DNA of 64,000 bases, from contig JAJFVA010000018.1 in assembly GCA_021371995.1 (NCBI GenBank), positions 38,511-102,510 on the forward strand, given 5' to 3'. A program made the position numbers and the translations under genes. The notes beneath the pieces were generated by a model, which was given only the letters and a program-made list of their open reading frames with translations, was not told the origin of the DNA and made no database searches. Below are positions 46,436-57,609 of this stretch, piece after piece (positions within the stretch are counted from its first letter, which is position 1; each line of letters opens with the position of its first letter). Source of the DNA: Methanoregulaceae archaeon. Lineage in GTDB: Archaea; Halobacteriota; Methanomicrobia; Methanomicrobiales; Methanospirillaceae.

Positions 46436-47152
46436 ATGGGACACCGTATTACAACACAGAACAGAGGAAAAGGAGGCCCGACATACCGGGTACCATCCCA
46501 CCGTTACAAGGCGGCACTCCGCCATGCCGGGAGCGGCGATTCGACCGTGAGGGGAACCGTGGTCGATATCGAGCACGACCCTGCACGACACACTCCAATC
46601 GCCCTGGTGAAACTCGAGGATGGATCAAGGATGTATATGCTTGTCACCGAAGGAATCGGAGTTGATGATGAGGTCACCTGGGGACCGGAAGGAGAAGTAC
46701 GGAATGGTAACACTCTTCCGCTCTCTGCGATCCCGACAGGAGCCTATGTCTGCAACATCGAGGCCAGGCCAAATGACGGCGGCAAGTTCGTCCGTGCAAG
46801 CGGCGTCCAGGCCATTGTCGTTGACAAGACTGCAGAACGGGTTGGCGTCCAGATGCCGAGCGGCGTGACCAAGTGGTTCAATGCACGCTGCAGGGCAACG
46901 GTCGGCATTGTGGCCGGAGGCGGACGCGGTGAGAAACCGTTCGTAAAGGCCGGGAACAAGTTCTACAAGATGAAGAACAGTGCATCGAACTGGCCCCGTG
47001 TAAGGGGTGTAGCTATGAATGTGATCGACCACCCCTTCGGTGGAGGTGGCCATCAGCATGCCGGCCGGCCTAAGACCATTGCAAGAGGAACATCCCCCGG
47101 AAGGACCGTCGGTCACGTTGCCGCACGGAAGACTGGTCGGGGCAAGAAGTGA
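46436..47152 (+). CDS. rpl2: 50S ribosomal protein uL2
   Basis: MGHRITTQNRGKGGPTYR.., and HPFGGGGHQH near the C terminus. GTG at 46427 is an alternative start. Confidence 0.95.
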   Translation: MGHRITTQNRGKGGPTYRVPSHRYKAALRHAGSGDSTVRGTVVDIEHDPARHTPIALVKLEDGSRMYMLVTEGIGVDDEVTWGPEGEVRNGNTLPLSAIPTGAYVCNIEARPNDGGKFVRASGVQAIVVDKTAERVGVQMPSGVTKWFNARCRATVGIVAGGGRGEKPFVKAGNKFYKMKNSASNWPRVRGVAMNVIDHPFGGGGHQHAGRPKTIARGTSPGRTVGHVAARKTGRGKK

Positions 47153-47161
47153 GGGTTTGAC

Positions 47162-47575
47162 ATGGCAAAGAAGACACAGAAGAGATTGCCAAGGCGGCGC
47201 GAAGAGTTTACCTATCATGGATTCCGGCTCGAGGAACTCCGGCAGATGGGAATGGCCGAACTCCTGCCGTTAATGCCCGCACGGGTCCGCCGGAAAGTGA
47301 GCAGGGGTCTGACCCGCGGGGAAGAGCATCTCCTCTCACGATTCAAGAGCGGGGATGCAAGGATCAGGACCCATCTCCGTGATATGGTGATCATGCCCGA
47401 CATGATTGGAAAAGAAGTGGAGATCTACAACGGGAAGGAGTTCATGAAAGTGGAGATCCAGCCCGAAGCAGTTTTCCATTACCTTGGTGAATTTGCGCTG
47501 ACGAGAAGGAAAGTGACGCACGGGAGCGCTGGTATCGGTGCGACCCGGTCGAGTAAGTATGTACCGCTGAAGTGA
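47162..47575 (+). CDS. rps19: 30S ribosomal protein uS19
   Basis: 137 aa: GKEFMKVEIQPEAVFHYLGEFALTR. Confidence 0.95.
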   Translation: MAKKTQKRLPRRREEFTYHGFRLEELRQMGMAELLPLMPARVRRKVSRGLTRGEEHLLSRFKSGDARIRTHLRDMVIMPDMIGKEVEIYNGKEFMKVEIQPEAVFHYLGEFALTRRKVTHGSAGIGATRSSKYVPLK

Positions 47576-47580
47576 GAACC

Positions 47581-48042
47581 ATGGCACGCACAGGATATTC
47601 AACTGATATTTCCGGGGATACTGTGGCACGGGGAAAGGCAAACGAACTCCCAATATCGCCCAAGCATGCCATGGAGATCGCCAGATTCATCAGAAACAAG
47701 AAGACAGGTGAGGTGGTCTCCTATCTTGAAGATGTGATTGCCGAGAAAAAGGCAATACCGTTCCGCAGGTTCAACCACAAGGTGGCCCACAAACGGGGAC
47801 TTACCAAGTGGGATGCCGGGCGTTATCCGAGAAAGGCATCGAAAGCGTATCTCCGGTTGATTCACTCGGTTACCAAGAATGCCGAGTATCTCGGTCTTGA
47901 CACGGAACGCCTCGAGATTATTCATGTAGCCGCAAACAGGGGAAGGGGCTTTGAGGGCATCTTTCCGCGGGCAATGGGACGGGCCTCACCCAAACGCCGT
48001 GAAACAGTCAATATCGAGATAGTGGTAAAGGAAGTGCAGTAA
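47581..48042 (+). CDS. rpl22: 50S ribosomal protein uL22
   Basis: [30 protein letters not shown]. The ORF track starts at GTG 47572. Confidence 0.93.
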   Translation: MARTGYSTDISGDTVARGKANELPISPKHAMEIARFIRNKKTGEVVSYLEDVIAEKKAIPFRRFNHKVAHKRGLTKWDAGRYPRKASKAYLRLIHSVTKNAEYLGLDTERLEIIHVAANRGRGFEGIFPRAMGRASPKRRETVNIEIVVKEVQ

Positions 48043-48758
48043 TGGCAGTCGAGAGAAAATTCGTGGCTGAGGGAGCGAGACGGGCCCGTGTTGAGAAACA
48101 CCTTGTTAAGGAGCTTAAAAGGGCGGGGTATGGAGGCATGGACCTGCAGCGGACGCCGCTTGGCACACAGGTAACCATTTACGCGGAGAAGCCGGGGATT
48201 GTCATTGGAAAGGGGGGAAAAGTCGTGCGGCAGCTCACCCAGGATCTCGCAAATGATTTCGGTGTTGAATCTCCGCAGATCGAGGTCCAGCAGGTTGCAA
48301 ACCCAAGTTTCAATGCCCAAATTATGGCCGAACGCCTGGCAAATGCACTGGAACGTGGATGGTATTTCCGGAAGGCCGGCTCAAGCATCATCCGGAGGGT
48401 TATGGAGTCCGGAGCGCTTGGCTGCGAGGTTATCATCGCCGGTAAACTGACGGGTGCCCGTGCAAGGGTCCAGAAATTTACCGAAGGCTACATCAAGCAC
48501 AGCGGTGAGCCGGTAAACACCATTGTGGAGAAGGGGTTTGCCGTTGCAATCAAGAAACTGGGTGTTATCGGTGTTCAGGTCAGGATTATCCCGCCCGACT
48601 CCAAGCTTCCTGATCACTTCGAGATGATCATCCCGAAGCAGAAACTCGCGCGAAAGCCGGAGATATCCATCACCCCGGTTGGGGAGGAGATCGAAGAAGA
48701 GGATCTCGCACTGGATCTCGATGAGTTTGATGATGTGGAAATTCCGGAGGAACGGTAA
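48042..48758 (+). CDS. rps3: 30S ribosomal protein uS3
   Basis: 238 aa with a KH-domain pattern and an acidic C-terminal tail. Confidence 0.95.
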   Translation: MAVERKFVAEGARRARVEKHLVKELKRAGYGGMDLQRTPLGTQVTIYAEKPGIVIGKGGKVVRQLTQDLANDFGVESPQIEVQQVANPSFNAQIMAERLANALERGWYFRKAGSSIIRRVMESGALGCEVIIAGKLTGARARVQKFTEGYIKHSGEPVNTIVEKGFAVAIKKLGVIGVQVRIIPPDSKLPDHFEMIIPKQKLARKPEISITPVGEEIEEEDLALDLDEFDDVEIPEER

Positions 48759-48962
48759 ATGGCAATCCTTCGTGCAAATGATATCCGGCAGCTCTCTGAT
48801 GTTGAACTGCAGGAACAGATGGACAAGCTCAGGATTGAGCTTATCCAGCACAACGGAAAGGTCAGTGCCGGAGGGTCCACAGAAAACCCTGGGAGAATCC
48901 GGGAGCTCCGGCGGACAATTGCCCGTATGATGACTGAACAGAACCACAGGAGAACAGCATGA
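48759..48962 (+). CDS. rpl29: 50S ribosomal protein uL29
   Basis: 67 aa: MAILRANDIRQLSDVELQEQMDKLRIEL. Confidence 0.93.
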   Translation: MAILRANDIRQLSDVELQEQMDKLRIELIQHNGKVSAGGSTENPGRIRELRRTIARMMTEQNHRRTA

Positions 48963-49243
48963 TCTCTCCCCGGAACATCCTGCGCCATGAACTGATCGGA
49001 CTGGATGTTTCGGTAGTGGAGGCATCAAATCCTCTTCACTGCGGGATATCAGGCCTGATTATCGATGAGACCAGAAATACCCTCCTTATCCGCACACCTT
49101 GCGGAAACCGGAGGATACAAAAGCAGTACTCCCGTTTCAGGATCATTTTGCCGGACGGGACACGGGTCATCATCAATGGATCTGCACTTGTGTCAGCTCC
49201 CGAGAGAAGGATTTCACAGTATATGAAAATTCGAGGTAAATAA
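48959..49243 (+). CDS. rnp1: RNase P protein component 1 (Rpp29/Pop4)
   Basis: 94 aa: [35 protein letters not shown]. It occupies the conserved position between rpl29 and rps17. Confidence 0.88.
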   Translation: MISPRNILRHELIGLDVSVVEASNPLHCGISGLIIDETRNTLLIRTPCGNRRIQKQYSRFRIILPDGTRVIINGSALVSAPERRISQYMKIRGK

Positions 49244-49569
49244 TGGCAAAAAATATTGGATTGGGCGTCCTGCCACCGGAACAGGTATGCAGCGACGCAA
49301 ACTGTCCGTTTCACGGCAGTTTACCGGTGCGCGGCCAGGTGATCACCGGTAAAGTCGTGAGCGATCGCATGATGGGAACGGTAGTTGTCGAGCGAAACTA
49401 CCTCCATTTCGTGCGGAAGTATAACCGGTATGAGAAGAGAAGCTCGAGGATTCATGCCCATAATCCTCCCTGTATCCAGGCAAAGAGCGGTGATGATGTA
49501 AAAATCGCAGAATGCAGACCGCTCTCAAAGACTACGACCTTTGTGGTGGTGGAGGTGCAGAAGCAATGA
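49243..49569 (+). CDS. rps17: 30S ribosomal protein uS17
   Basis: 108 aa: [29 protein letters not shown]. Confidence 0.95.
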   Translation: MAKNIGLGVLPPEQVCSDANCPFHGSLPVRGQVITGKVVSDRMMGTVVVERNYLHFVRKYNRYEKRSSRIHAHNPPCIQAKSGDDVKIAECRPLSKTTTFVVVEVQKQ

Positions 49570-49964
49570 AGGCGAAGCAGTCGAAGACGCCGCGTGCCCT
49601 TTCAACGGGAACCCGGATGATCTGTGCTGACAATACCGGAGCCCGCGAGGTTCAGATTGTATCCGTTTTCGGATATCACGGTGTCCGCCGCAGACAGCCC
49701 AAGATGGGTCTTGGAGATCTCGCTACGGTTACGGTTAAGAAAGGTACCCCTGACATGCGGCGAAAGCTGGTCAGAGCCGTAGTCATCCGGCAGAGAAAAG
49801 AGATAAAACGCCCGAGCGGACTTCGCATCACCTTCGATGATAACGCCGTGGTAGTCGTCGATGAGAAGAACGAGCCCCGCGGAACAGAGATCAAAGGGCC
49901 GGTGGCGAGGGAAGTCGCAGAGCGTTTTCCGAAGATCGGCTCAATGGCTACGATGATTGTGTGA
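49566..49964 (+). CDS. rpl14: 50S ribosomal protein uL14
   Basis: ORF trimmed to ATG 49566, which overlaps the rps17 stop. The sequence reads [24 protein letters not shown]. Confidence 0.95.
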   Translation: MKAKQSKTPRALSTGTRMICADNTGAREVQIVSVFGYHGVRRRQPKMGLGDLATVTVKKGTPDMRRKLVRAVVIRQRKEIKRPSGLRITFDDNAVVVVDEKNEPRGTEIKGPVAREVAERFPKIGSMATMIV

Positions 49965-49975
49965 GGTGTGCGGTA

Positions 49976-50341
49976 ATGGTAAGAATTGAGAGTATACAGC
50001 CAAGAAAACAGCGCAAGGCGCGGTATAATGCTCCGGCGCACCTCCGCGCGAAATTTCTCAGCGCCCCGCTTTCCCCTGAACTCAGGACACAGTACAAGAA
50101 AAGAACATTGCGGGTCGTGAAGGGAGACACTGTCAAGGTTCTCCGGGGAGATTCTGCAGGAACGGAAGGTCTTGTGGATGAAATCGATACCGCCAGGTCG
50201 CTTATCGTCATCCAGGGTGTCTCGATACCGAAGGCAGACGGCACCGAAGTTCCCAGGCCCGTCAGCCCGTCAAATGTTCAGATCACCAAGCTCAATGTGA
50301 AGGATCCGAAAAGGGTTGAAAAACTCACGGAGGGCAGCTGA
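49976..50341 (+). CDS. rpl24: 50S ribosomal protein uL24
   Basis: MVRIESIQPRKQRKARYNAPAH..KGDTVKVLRGD (KOW motif). GTG at 49961 is an alternative start. Confidence 0.93.
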   Translation: MVRIESIQPRKQRKARYNAPAHLRAKFLSAPLSPELRTQYKKRTLRVVKGDTVKVLRGDSAGTEGLVDEIDTARSLIVIQGVSIPKADGTEVPRPVSPSNVQITKLNVKDPKRVEKLTEGS

Positions 50342-51066
50342 TGTCTGACCATCTTAAGCGCCTGCGTGCACCGGACTCATGGCATATTGCGAAGAAGACC
50401 AATAAGTTTGTTGCAAAAACCGTACCCGGACCGCACAATGCGAATGCCATGCCGGTTGCTGTCTGGCTTCGTGACCATATGGGACTCGCCCGCACCATGA
50501 AGGAGGTCAAGCAGATCCTCGGCCAGAACGATGTTATCATCAATGGGAGACCCTGCCGTGATCCGCGGATGGGGATAGGAATCTTCGATATCATTTCCCT
50601 TCCAAAGATCGGGAAACATTTCCGGATCCTGCGTGACAAGAAAGGGCGGCACAAGACAATCGAGATCGATGCCGAGTCGGCAAAGACCCGTCTTGCCAAA
50701 GTCAAAAACAAGACGATTGTCCCGGGTGGAAAGGTCCAGCTGAACCTCCGGTTCGGAGCAAATATCCTCGCGGACAACCAGTACAAGCCCGGCGATTCAG
50801 TTGTAATTTCCCTGCAGCCGGATGACCGGTTTGCGATCATTGACCACTTCCCGTTTGCAGTAGGGAATATGGCGATGGTCATCGGGGGAAGGCATTCAGG
50901 AAGGATCGCACGGATTACCGGGATCGAGAAGGTCGCGGGAAGTGTTCCGAACCGTGTGCTGCTTGCCGATGAGAAGGCCGGGACCACGTTCGATACCGTC
51001 GATGCCTATATCTACATGGTGGGCCGCGAGACCCCTGCCCTCGCCGAATGGGGGATTGAAGAATGA
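50341..51066 (+). CDS. rps4e: 30S ribosomal protein eS4
   Basis: 241 aa: MSDHLKRLRAPDSWHIAKK. Confidence 0.95.
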   Translation: MSDHLKRLRAPDSWHIAKKTNKFVAKTVPGPHNANAMPVAVWLRDHMGLARTMKEVKQILGQNDVIINGRPCRDPRMGIGIFDIISLPKIGKHFRILRDKKGRHKTIEIDAESAKTRLAKVKNKTIVPGGKVQLNLRFGANILADNQYKPGDSVVISLQPDDRFAIIDHFPFAVGNMAMVIGGRHSGRIARITGIEKVAGSVPNRVLLADEKAGTTFDTVDAYIYMVGRETPALAEWGIEE

Positions 51067-51569
51067 ACCCGATGCGCGAAGTCTTTGTTGATAAGGTGGT
51101 CGTCCACATGGGTGTTGGAGAGAGCGGGGACAAGCTCACCAAGGCCGTGGATATCATGAAGAAGATCACGGGCAACAATCCGGTGAAGAGCGTGGCAAAA
51201 AAGACCAACCCGGCATTCGGTATCCGCAAGGGTGCCCCGATCAGCTGCAAGGTCACACTCAGGGGGAAGACCGCAGGGGATTTCCTTGATACTGCTCTTG
51301 CTATCGTTGAACGGAGGGTCAGTACCAGCCAGTTTGATGAGAGCGGTAATTTTTCCTTCGGGATTGAAGAACATACCGATTTCCCCGGCATGTCCTATGA
51401 CCCGCAGATCGGAATTTACGGGATGGACATCAACGTGATCCTTGCCAGGAGAGGAGTCCGTATCGCACGACGGAATATCGAACGCCACCGGCTCCCAAAA
51501 AAGCAGATGGTTCAGCCGGAGGATGCGATCGCATTCCTGAAAAGCCGTTACATGGCGGAGGTGGCATGA
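51063..51569 (+). CDS. rpl5: 50S ribosomal protein uL5
   Basis: 168 aa: [21 protein letters not shown]. Confidence 0.95.
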   Translation: MNPMREVFVDKVVVHMGVGESGDKLTKAVDIMKKITGNNPVKSVAKKTNPAFGIRKGAPISCKVTLRGKTAGDFLDTALAIVERRVSTSQFDESGNFSFGIEEHTDFPGMSYDPQIGIYGMDINVILARRGVRIARRNIERHRLPKKQMVQPEDAIAFLKSRYMAEVA

Positions 51570-51724
51570 TGGGCGGAGAGAAAACGAAGAAATTCGGCCG
51601 CGGGGCATTCGAATGCAAGATATGCGGCAGAAAACAGGGACTCGTCCGCAGGTATCATATCATGTTCTGCAGGCAGTGTTTCCGGGAATGGGCCCAGAAG
51701 ATGGGATTCAAAAAGATGAACTGA
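51566..51724 (+). CDS. rps14: 30S ribosomal protein uS14 (zinc-binding type Z)
   Basis: Not in the ORF track because it is under 60 aa. My translation is [52 protein letters not shown], with a CxxC...CxxC pair. Its ATG overlaps the rpl5 stop (ATGA). Confidence 0.9.
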   Translation: MMGGEKTKKFGRGAFECKICGRKQGLVRRYHIMFCRQCFREWAQKMGFKKMN

Positions 51725-51737
51725 GGAGGAAGGGCAC

Positions 51738-52130
51738 ATGGGAAGATTAAACACAATAGCAGACGGGATGAGTGCGCTGAAGAACGCTGCCGACGGCGGC
51801 AAACCCGGCGTACTTATCGAGCCGGCAGGCAAACTCCTCGGCGCCATGTTCCGGATCATGCAGGAATCAGGGTACATCAGCGGATTTGAGTATCTTGATG
51901 ACGGTCGCGGCGGTCAGTTCCTCGTCCAGCTGAATGGCAGAATCAACAAGTGCGGCGCGATCTCACCCCGTTATTCGGTACAGTTGAACGAACTTGAGTA
52001 CTGGGAGACCCAGTATCTTCCTGGGAAAAACTTCGGGATCCTGATCCTTTCAACTTCGAAAGGTGTCATGACCCATGAACAGGCCCGGAAGGAAGGGGTC
52101 GGTGGAGAACTTCTCGGGTATGTATACTGA
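51738..52130 (+). CDS. rps8: 30S ribosomal protein uS8
   Basis: 130 aa: [14 protein letters not shown]. Confidence 0.95.
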   Translation: MGRLNTIADGMSALKNAADGGKPGVLIEPAGKLLGAMFRIMQESGYISGFEYLDDGRGGQFLVQLNGRINKCGAISPRYSVQLNELEYWETQYLPGKNFGILILSTSKGVMTHEQARKEGVGGELLGYVY

Positions 52131-52140
52131 GGTGCAGAAA

Positions 52141-52665
52141 ATGGCAGCAGTAAGAAAAGTAACCATACCCGAAGGAGTGAAGGTCGAAGTGGATGGGACG
52201 ATGCTGAAAGTCAGGGGGCCGAAAGGTCAGCTTGAACGCACCGTCCGGTTCCCGCAGATCACTACCGTTGTGGAAGGAAATGACGTGATCTTCTCTACCG
52301 GATCAGATCGCAAAAGCGTGATTGCCATGGTGGGCACCTTTGCCGCACATACGAAAAATATGTGCCATGGTGTTACCTCAGGGTTTGAGTACCGGATGAA
52401 GGTGGTCTACAGCCACTTCCCAATCCAGCTCAAGCTCCAGGGCAACAGACTTGAGATCAACAATTTCCTTGGGGAGAAGAAGGCCCGGTATGCTACAATC
52501 GTTAACGGCGTGACAGCAAAGATTGGCAATGACGAGATTGTGCTCTCCGGAATCGATAAGGAACTCCTTGGCAATACGTCGGCAAATATCGAACACGCGA
52601 CCAAGATCCGGAACCGTGACCCTCGTATTTTCCAGGATGGAATTTATATCGTGGAAAGGGAGTGA
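52141..52665 (+). CDS. rpl6: 50S ribosomal protein uL6
   Basis: ORF trimmed to ATG 52141 (MAAVRKVTIPEGVKVEVDGTMLKVRGPKG). Confidence 0.95.
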   Translation: MAAVRKVTIPEGVKVEVDGTMLKVRGPKGQLERTVRFPQITTVVEGNDVIFSTGSDRKSVIAMVGTFAAHTKNMCHGVTSGFEYRMKVVYSHFPIQLKLQGNRLEINNFLGEKKARYATIVNGVTAKIGNDEIVLSGIDKELLGNTSANIEHATKIRNRDPRIFQDGIYIVERE

Positions 52666-53081
52666 TGGAAATGGCCGATGAAAAGAAAAGGTTGATCCAG
52701 GTCCGTTCCGACAAGTCAGCTACATTCAAGCGCGACGGGGCCGGGAAAAAGAAACAACTCTCTGAATCCTGGAGAATGCCGCGGGGGCTCCATTCCAAGA
52801 AGAGGAGGCAGAAGAAAGCCAAGGGGCCGCTCCCGACACCGGGATATGGCAGCCCTGTGGCGGTAAGGGGAATGCACCCGAGCGGATTTCATGAGGTCCG
52901 CGTGTTCACTCCTGCCGAGCTTGAGGGGCTCAATCCTTCGGAAGATGCTATCCGTATCGGGGCAACCGTGGGAAATAAAAAGCGCCTGGTAATACAGGAG
53001 CAGGCAGTTGCTGCGGGACTCAGGGTCCTAAACCCGCGGGATATCAGGCCCGCGCAACAGGAGGCGAAGAGCGATGACTGA
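52665..53081 (+). CDS. rpl32e: 50S ribosomal protein eL32
   Basis: SWRMPRGLHSKKRR..GYGSP..VRG.HPSG. The ATG at 52665 overlaps the rpl6 stop. GTG at 52662 is an alternative start. Confidence 0.92.
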   Translation: MEMADEKKRLIQVRSDKSATFKRDGAGKKKQLSESWRMPRGLHSKKRRQKKAKGPLPTPGYGSPVAVRGMHPSGFHEVRVFTPAELEGLNPSEDAIRIGATVGNKKRLVIQEQAVAAGLRVLNPRDIRPAQQEAKSDD

Positions 53082-53526
53082 TATCTTGAACCAGCGGCGC
53101 ATCGCTGCATCCATCCTCGGCTGTGGTACTCACCGCGTATGGTTTGATCCCGATCGTCTCAGTGACATCCAGAATGCGATATCGCGCGAGGATATCAGGG
53201 GGCTCATCGTTGAGGGAGCTATCAAGCCCCGGCAGATCCAGGGCAACAGCCGTGGGAGAGCCCGTGCACTGATGGCAAAACGTTCGTATGGCCACTGCAA
53301 GGGGCCCGGAAGGCGCAAGGGTGCAGCCGGGGCGAGAAACCCTTCAAAGAGGCAGTGGATACAGAAGATCAGGTCAATCAGGAAAACCCTCGTGGAACTT
53401 CGCGAGAGTGGCGAGATTGAACCAACTCTGTACCGTACGCTATACCGGAAGGCTGCCGGGGGGCAGTTCAGGAACGTAGCCCACCTGAAAGCTCAAATCG
53501 GAATCATTTCTGGGAGGATGAAGTAA
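53074..53526 (+). CDS. rpl19e: 50S ribosomal protein eL19
   Basis: 150 aa: LNQRRIAASILGCGTHRVWFDP. Confidence 0.95.
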   Translation: MTDILNQRRIAASILGCGTHRVWFDPDRLSDIQNAISREDIRGLIVEGAIKPRQIQGNSRGRARALMAKRSYGHCKGPGRRKGAAGARNPSKRQWIQKIRSIRKTLVELRESGEIEPTLYRTLYRKAAGGQFRNVAHLKAQIGIISGRMK

Positions 53527-53527
53527 T

Positions 53528-54055
53528 ATGGCGACAGGACCTCGTTACTTTGTTCCTTTCCGGCGACGAAAGCAAGGGAAGACCGATTATTACAAACGGG
53601 CAAAACTTGTCGTGTCTGACCGACCCAGGATGGTAGTGCGGAAGACAAACCGGCAGATACTGATCCAGCTGGTATCAGCAGAAATGGACGGTGACCGCAC
53701 GCTTGTCACCGCCAGTTCAGCTGAACTGAAGAGGTACGGGTATTCAGGATCGACATCCGCCACCCCTGCAGCATACCTGACGGGGATGCTCTTTGCAGTG
53801 AAGGCGCTGAATGCGGATCAGGAGCGGGCTGTCCTTGATATCGGACTGCACCGTGCAACGCCAGGCAACCGGGTCTTTGCAGCGCTCAAGGGGGCCGTTG
53901 CTGCAGGTCTCGATGTGCCGCACGGCGAACAGGTTCTTCCTGATGACGACCGTGTAAAAGGTGCACACATCGCTGCATTTGCACCCGAGCGTTCAGGAGA
54001 TCTGGTGCGGAACGTGGAAGAGACAATCGACGCCATCATGAAGGAGTTGAGGTGA
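53528..54055 (+). CDS. rpl18: 50S ribosomal protein uL18
   Basis: 175 aa: [24 protein letters not shown]. Confidence 0.95.
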   Translation: MATGPRYFVPFRRRKQGKTDYYKRAKLVVSDRPRMVVRKTNRQILIQLVSAEMDGDRTLVTASSAELKRYGYSGSTSATPAAYLTGMLFAVKALNADQERAVLDIGLHRATPGNRVFAALKGAVAAGLDVPHGEQVLPDDDRVKGAHIAAFAPERSGDLVRNVEETIDAIMKELR

Positions 54056-54056
54056 G

Positions 54057-54674
54057 ATGCCTTACGAAAAGACAGAATGGGTACCGCTTACGGGTCTTGG
54101 AAGGATGGTAGCATCCGGAGAGATCACAAGCATCGATCAGGTGCTTGAGAGCGGTCGTCCCATCAAGGAACCCGAGATAGTCGATTCATTTCTTCCCGAT
54201 CTGGAAGATGAAGTCCTCGATATCCAGATGGTCCAGCGTATGACCGATTCAGGGCGCAGGGTCAAGTTCAGAGCTGTAGTCGTCGTCGGGAACCGGAACG
54301 GCTATATCGGGTTTGGCCAGGGGAAGGACTCCCAGGTCGGAGATGCGATAAAAAAGGCCATTGTGGATGCGAAGATGAACGTGATCAAGGTACGGCGTGG
54401 CTGCGGGTCCTGGGAATGCGGATGCGATGCCACCCATTCCATCCCGATGAAGGTGGAAGGGGCAGCAGGGAGTGTCCGGGTGACGCTCAAGCCGGCACCC
54501 CAGGGAATCGGCCTTGTTACTGGAGAGATCAGCAGGAAAGTGCTTGAGCTCGCCGGTATCAAGGATGCCTGGACGTTCTCGAAGGGACAGACCAGGACGA
54601 CCATCAACTTTGCCAAGGCCACGTTCAACGCACTCAGGGCAACCAATATGATCAGGCGCGGAGGGTCAGAGTAA
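54057..54674 (+). CDS. rps5: 30S ribosomal protein uS5
   Basis: 205 aa: W.P.T.LGR.V..G.I.S.. and [16 protein letters not shown]. Confidence 0.95.
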   Translation: MPYEKTEWVPLTGLGRMVASGEITSIDQVLESGRPIKEPEIVDSFLPDLEDEVLDIQMVQRMTDSGRRVKFRAVVVVGNRNGYIGFGQGKDSQVGDAIKKAIVDAKMNVIKVRRGCGSWECGCDATHSIPMKVEGAAGSVRVTLKPAPQGIGLVTGEISRKVLELAGIKDAWTFSKGQTRTTINFAKATFNALRATNMIRRGGSE

Positions 54675-55135
54675 TGTACGCGATTGTCCAGGTGCGTGGT
54701 GTCGTGAACACCCGCAGGGAGATCAAGGACACGCTCAAGATGCTCCGTCTTCACCATATCAACCACTGCGTCCTTGTGCCGGACACACCGGAGTATCTCG
54801 GCATGATCCGGAAAGTCAAGGACTTTGTAGCCTATGGAGAGGCTGACGCGGTTACTATCGAGACGATTCTCCGCACACGGGGACGGGTTGTCGGTGACAC
54901 CCACCTCACGGATGAGTATGTGAAAGCTAATTCGCACTATTCCGGGATCACTGAGTTTGCGGCAGCCCTTGCGTCGGGTGAGACACGGCTGATCGATATG
55001 CCCGGATTAAAGCCCGTGCTCCGTCTCCACCCGCCGAGGAAAGGATACAGGACGATCAAGCGCACTGCCCAGCAGGGCGGGGCGCTCGGTTATTACGGGA
55101 AGGAGATAAATTCACTCCTTCACAGGATGAGGTGA
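54674..55135 (+). CDS. rpl30: 50S ribosomal protein uL30
   Basis: 153 aa: [35 protein letters not shown]. Confidence 0.95.
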   Translation: MYAIVQVRGVVNTRREIKDTLKMLRLHHINHCVLVPDTPEYLGMIRKVKDFVAYGEADAVTIETILRTRGRVVGDTHLTDEYVKANSHYSGITEFAAALASGETRLIDMPGLKPVLRLHPPRKGYRTIKRTAQQGGALGYYGKEINSLLHRMR

Positions 55136-55141
55136 AGAGAG

Positions 55142-55567
55142 ATGCCGGTAAATAAGCGTTCGAAATACCGCGGATCGCGTACATGCGGCGGAGGTACCCA
55201 TAAGAACCGGCGTGGAGCTGGTAACCGTGGAGGAAGAGGACGGGCAGGTCACCGCGATCACCGGTTCTCCCACTACCTCCTGTATGGCGAAATCCATAAC
55301 GGGAAAAATGGGTTTTATAACCAGACCACATTGGTAATGCGGGTCCTTTCGATCGGTGAGATCGATCAGATGGCGCCGTCCCTTCTTGCGGGAGGTAAGG
55401 CCTTCCGTGAAGGGGATGCCATAACCATAAACGCGGATCAGATCGGTATCGATAAGATACTTGGAAGCGGAAAAGTCACTTTGAAGATGATCATAACTGC
55501 GAGAGCATTCTCGGCGCAGGCAAAGAGCAAGATCGAGGCAATGGGTGGTCAGGCCCTGGTCATCTGA
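55142..55567 (+). CDS. rpl15: 50S ribosomal protein uL15
   Basis: 141 aa: KYRGSRTCGGGTHKNRRGAGNRGGRG. Confidence 0.95.
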   Translation: MPVNKRSKYRGSRTCGGGTHKNRRGAGNRGGRGRAGHRDHRFSHYLLYGEIHNGKNGFYNQTTLVMRVLSIGEIDQMAPSLLAGGKAFREGDAITINADQIGIDKILGSGKVTLKMIITARAFSAQAKSKIEAMGGQALVI

Positions 55568-55587
55568 CCAATTTTTAGGGTGTAAGA

Positions 55588-57027
55588 ATGGGTACACTGT
55601 TGGACCGAATGGAACCGCTGCTGGCTGCGATGCCGGCGGTAAAAAGCCCTGAAGGCCATGTCCATTTCAAGAACAAGCTGTTATGGACTGCTGGCATCCT
55701 CATCCTGTATTTCGTGATGACCAATATCCCGCTCTGGGGACTTGATCCGAATTCACAGGATCTCTTCCAGTTCTACCGGGCACTCCTCGCGGGTGCGAGC
55801 GGATCCCTGGTCCAACTGGGTATTGGCCCGATAGTCACGGCATCCATCGTCCTGCAGCTCCTGAAGGGTGCGGATATCCTCCATATCGACACCTCTGAGG
55901 TGCGTGGGCAGGTCCTCTACATGGGCCTCCAGAAGCTCCTGATCTTTGTGATGATCATCATCGAGGCACTCCCGAACCTTATCGGAGGATTCCTTCTGCC
56001 GGATCCAGTCATCGCGGACACGTTCTTTGGCGGGAGCCTCTTTGCGGTCTCGTTTATCATCTTCATCCAGATCTGTATTGGCGGTGTGCTGATCATGTTC
56101 ATGGATGAAGTGGTCACCAAATGGGGTATCGGATCCGGGGTGGGCCTGTTTATTATCGCCGGCATATCCCAGGCTATTATCAACGGGCTGATCAGCTGGA
56201 TACCGGTTACGGACCAGTATGCGGTAGGATTCTTCCCCAGGCTTGTCCAGGTGATTCTTGACGGGGCTGACTTTATCCAGTATATGGGTCCGGAAATGCT
56301 CGCGTTTATCACTACAATCGCAATATTCCTGATCGTCACCTACGTTGAATCCACCAGAATCGAGATCCCTCTTGCCCATGCTCAGGTGCGGGGTGCGAGG
56401 GCCCGGTTCCCGGTAAAACTGATCTATGCCAGTGTGCTGCCCATGATCCTTGTCAGGGTACTTCAGGCTAATATCCAGATGATAGGGCTTTTCCTGTATA
56501 ATATCGGGATAACTATCTTTGGCACTTACCAGGGAGCCCAGGCAGTCAGCGGCCTGATGTACTACCTTGCACCAATTAACGGCCCGAGTGACTGGATGTG
56601 GTGGAACCCTGCGTATGGTATCACGAACGCCCCATGGGAGATCCTGATCCGCCTTGGTATCGATATCACTTTCATGGTGGTAGGCGGTGCCGTCTTCGCT
56701 CTCTTCTGGATCAAGACGGCCGGTCTTGATTCAAAGGATGTGGCACGGCAGATCCAGCTCTCGGGCATGTCCATTCCTGGTTACCGGAGGAACCCCCAGG
56801 TCCTTGAGAAGTACCTTGATCGGTACATCCCCCGGGTAACGGTGATAGGAGGAGTATTCATCGGGGTGCTCTCGGTCTTTGCGAATCTCTTTGGTGTGAT
56901 TGGATCGGTCAGCGGGACTGGTCTCCTCCTGACAGTGAGTATCACCTACCGGCTCTATGAGGAGATTGCAAGCCAGCAGATCATGGAGATGTATCCGTTC
57001 ATGCGGACGTTCTTTGGTAAGGAGTGA
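55588..57027 (+). CDS. secY: preprotein translocase subunit SecY
   Basis: 479 aa with 10 TM segments, in the conserved position after rpl15. Confidence 0.95.
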   Translation: MGTLLDRMEPLLAAMPAVKSPEGHVHFKNKLLWTAGILILYFVMTNIPLWGLDPNSQDLFQFYRALLAGASGSLVQLGIGPIVTASIVLQLLKGADILHIDTSEVRGQVLYMGLQKLLIFVMIIIEALPNLIGGFLLPDPVIADTFFGGSLFAVSFIIFIQICIGGVLIMFMDEVVTKWGIGSGVGLFIIAGISQAIINGLISWIPVTDQYAVGFFPRLVQVILDGADFIQYMGPEMLAFITTIAIFLIVTYVESTRIEIPLAHAQVRGARARFPVKLIYASVLPMILVRVLQANIQMIGLFLYNIGITIFGTYQGAQAVSGLMYYLAPINGPSDWMWWNPAYGITNAPWEILIRLGIDITFMVVGGAVFALFWIKTAGLDSKDVARQIQLSGMSIPGYRRNPQVLEKYLDRYIPRVTVIGGVFIGVLSVFANLFGVIGSVSGTGLLLTVSITYRLYEEIASQQIMEMYPFMRTFFGKE

Positions 57028-57029
57028 GT

Positions 57030-57602
57030 ATGAGAGGGAGGAGTGTTATCGTTACGGGTGTTCCCGGTGTAGGGAAGACTACGGTCGTGAATGGTGCGCT
57101 GAAACTCCTGGAAGATGAGGGAATCACGTATAAAACCCTCAATTTTGGGACATACATGTTCGATGTCGCACAAAAGGAAGGCATCGTGAAGGATCGCGAT
57201 GAGATGCGCAGGCTCGATAAAGATGTCCAGAAGAGACTTCAGAAACTTGCAGCCAAGGTGATGGCGAAAGAAAAGGGAAATGCCCTCATTGATACCCATG
57301 CATCGGTAAAGACTCCGAAGGGATACCTGGCAGGGCTCCCTGAGTGGGTGCTTCGCGAGCTGATGCCGGATACCATTGTTCTTGTTGAGACCAACGAAGA
57401 CCAGATTCTGATCCGGAGGCTCACTGATGACACCCGGACCCGCGATCTCGAGGGGTCCTACAGTATCGGGGAGCACCAGCAGTTCAACCGGTCTATTGCT
57501 GCAGCCTATTCAATGATGACAGGGTGCACCATCAAATATATCACAAACGCCGACCTCCTCTTGGAAAAGGCAGTGGAAGATATGGCAGCGGTTCTCAGGT
57601 GA
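57030..57602 (+). CDS. adkA: adenylate kinase, archaeal type
   Basis: MRGRSVIVTGVPGVGKTT (P-loop). The ORF track starts at GTG 57024, which overlaps the secY stop. Confidence 0.9.
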   Translation: MRGRSVIVTGVPGVGKTTVVNGALKLLEDEGITYKTLNFGTYMFDVAQKEGIVKDRDEMRRLDKDVQKRLQKLAAKVMAKEKGNALIDTHASVKTPKGYLAGLPEWVLRELMPDTIVLVETNEDQILIRRLTDDTRTRDLEGSYSIGEHQQFNRSIAAAYSMMTGCTIKYITNADLLLEKAVEDMAAVLR

Positions 57603-57609
57603 TCGGGAA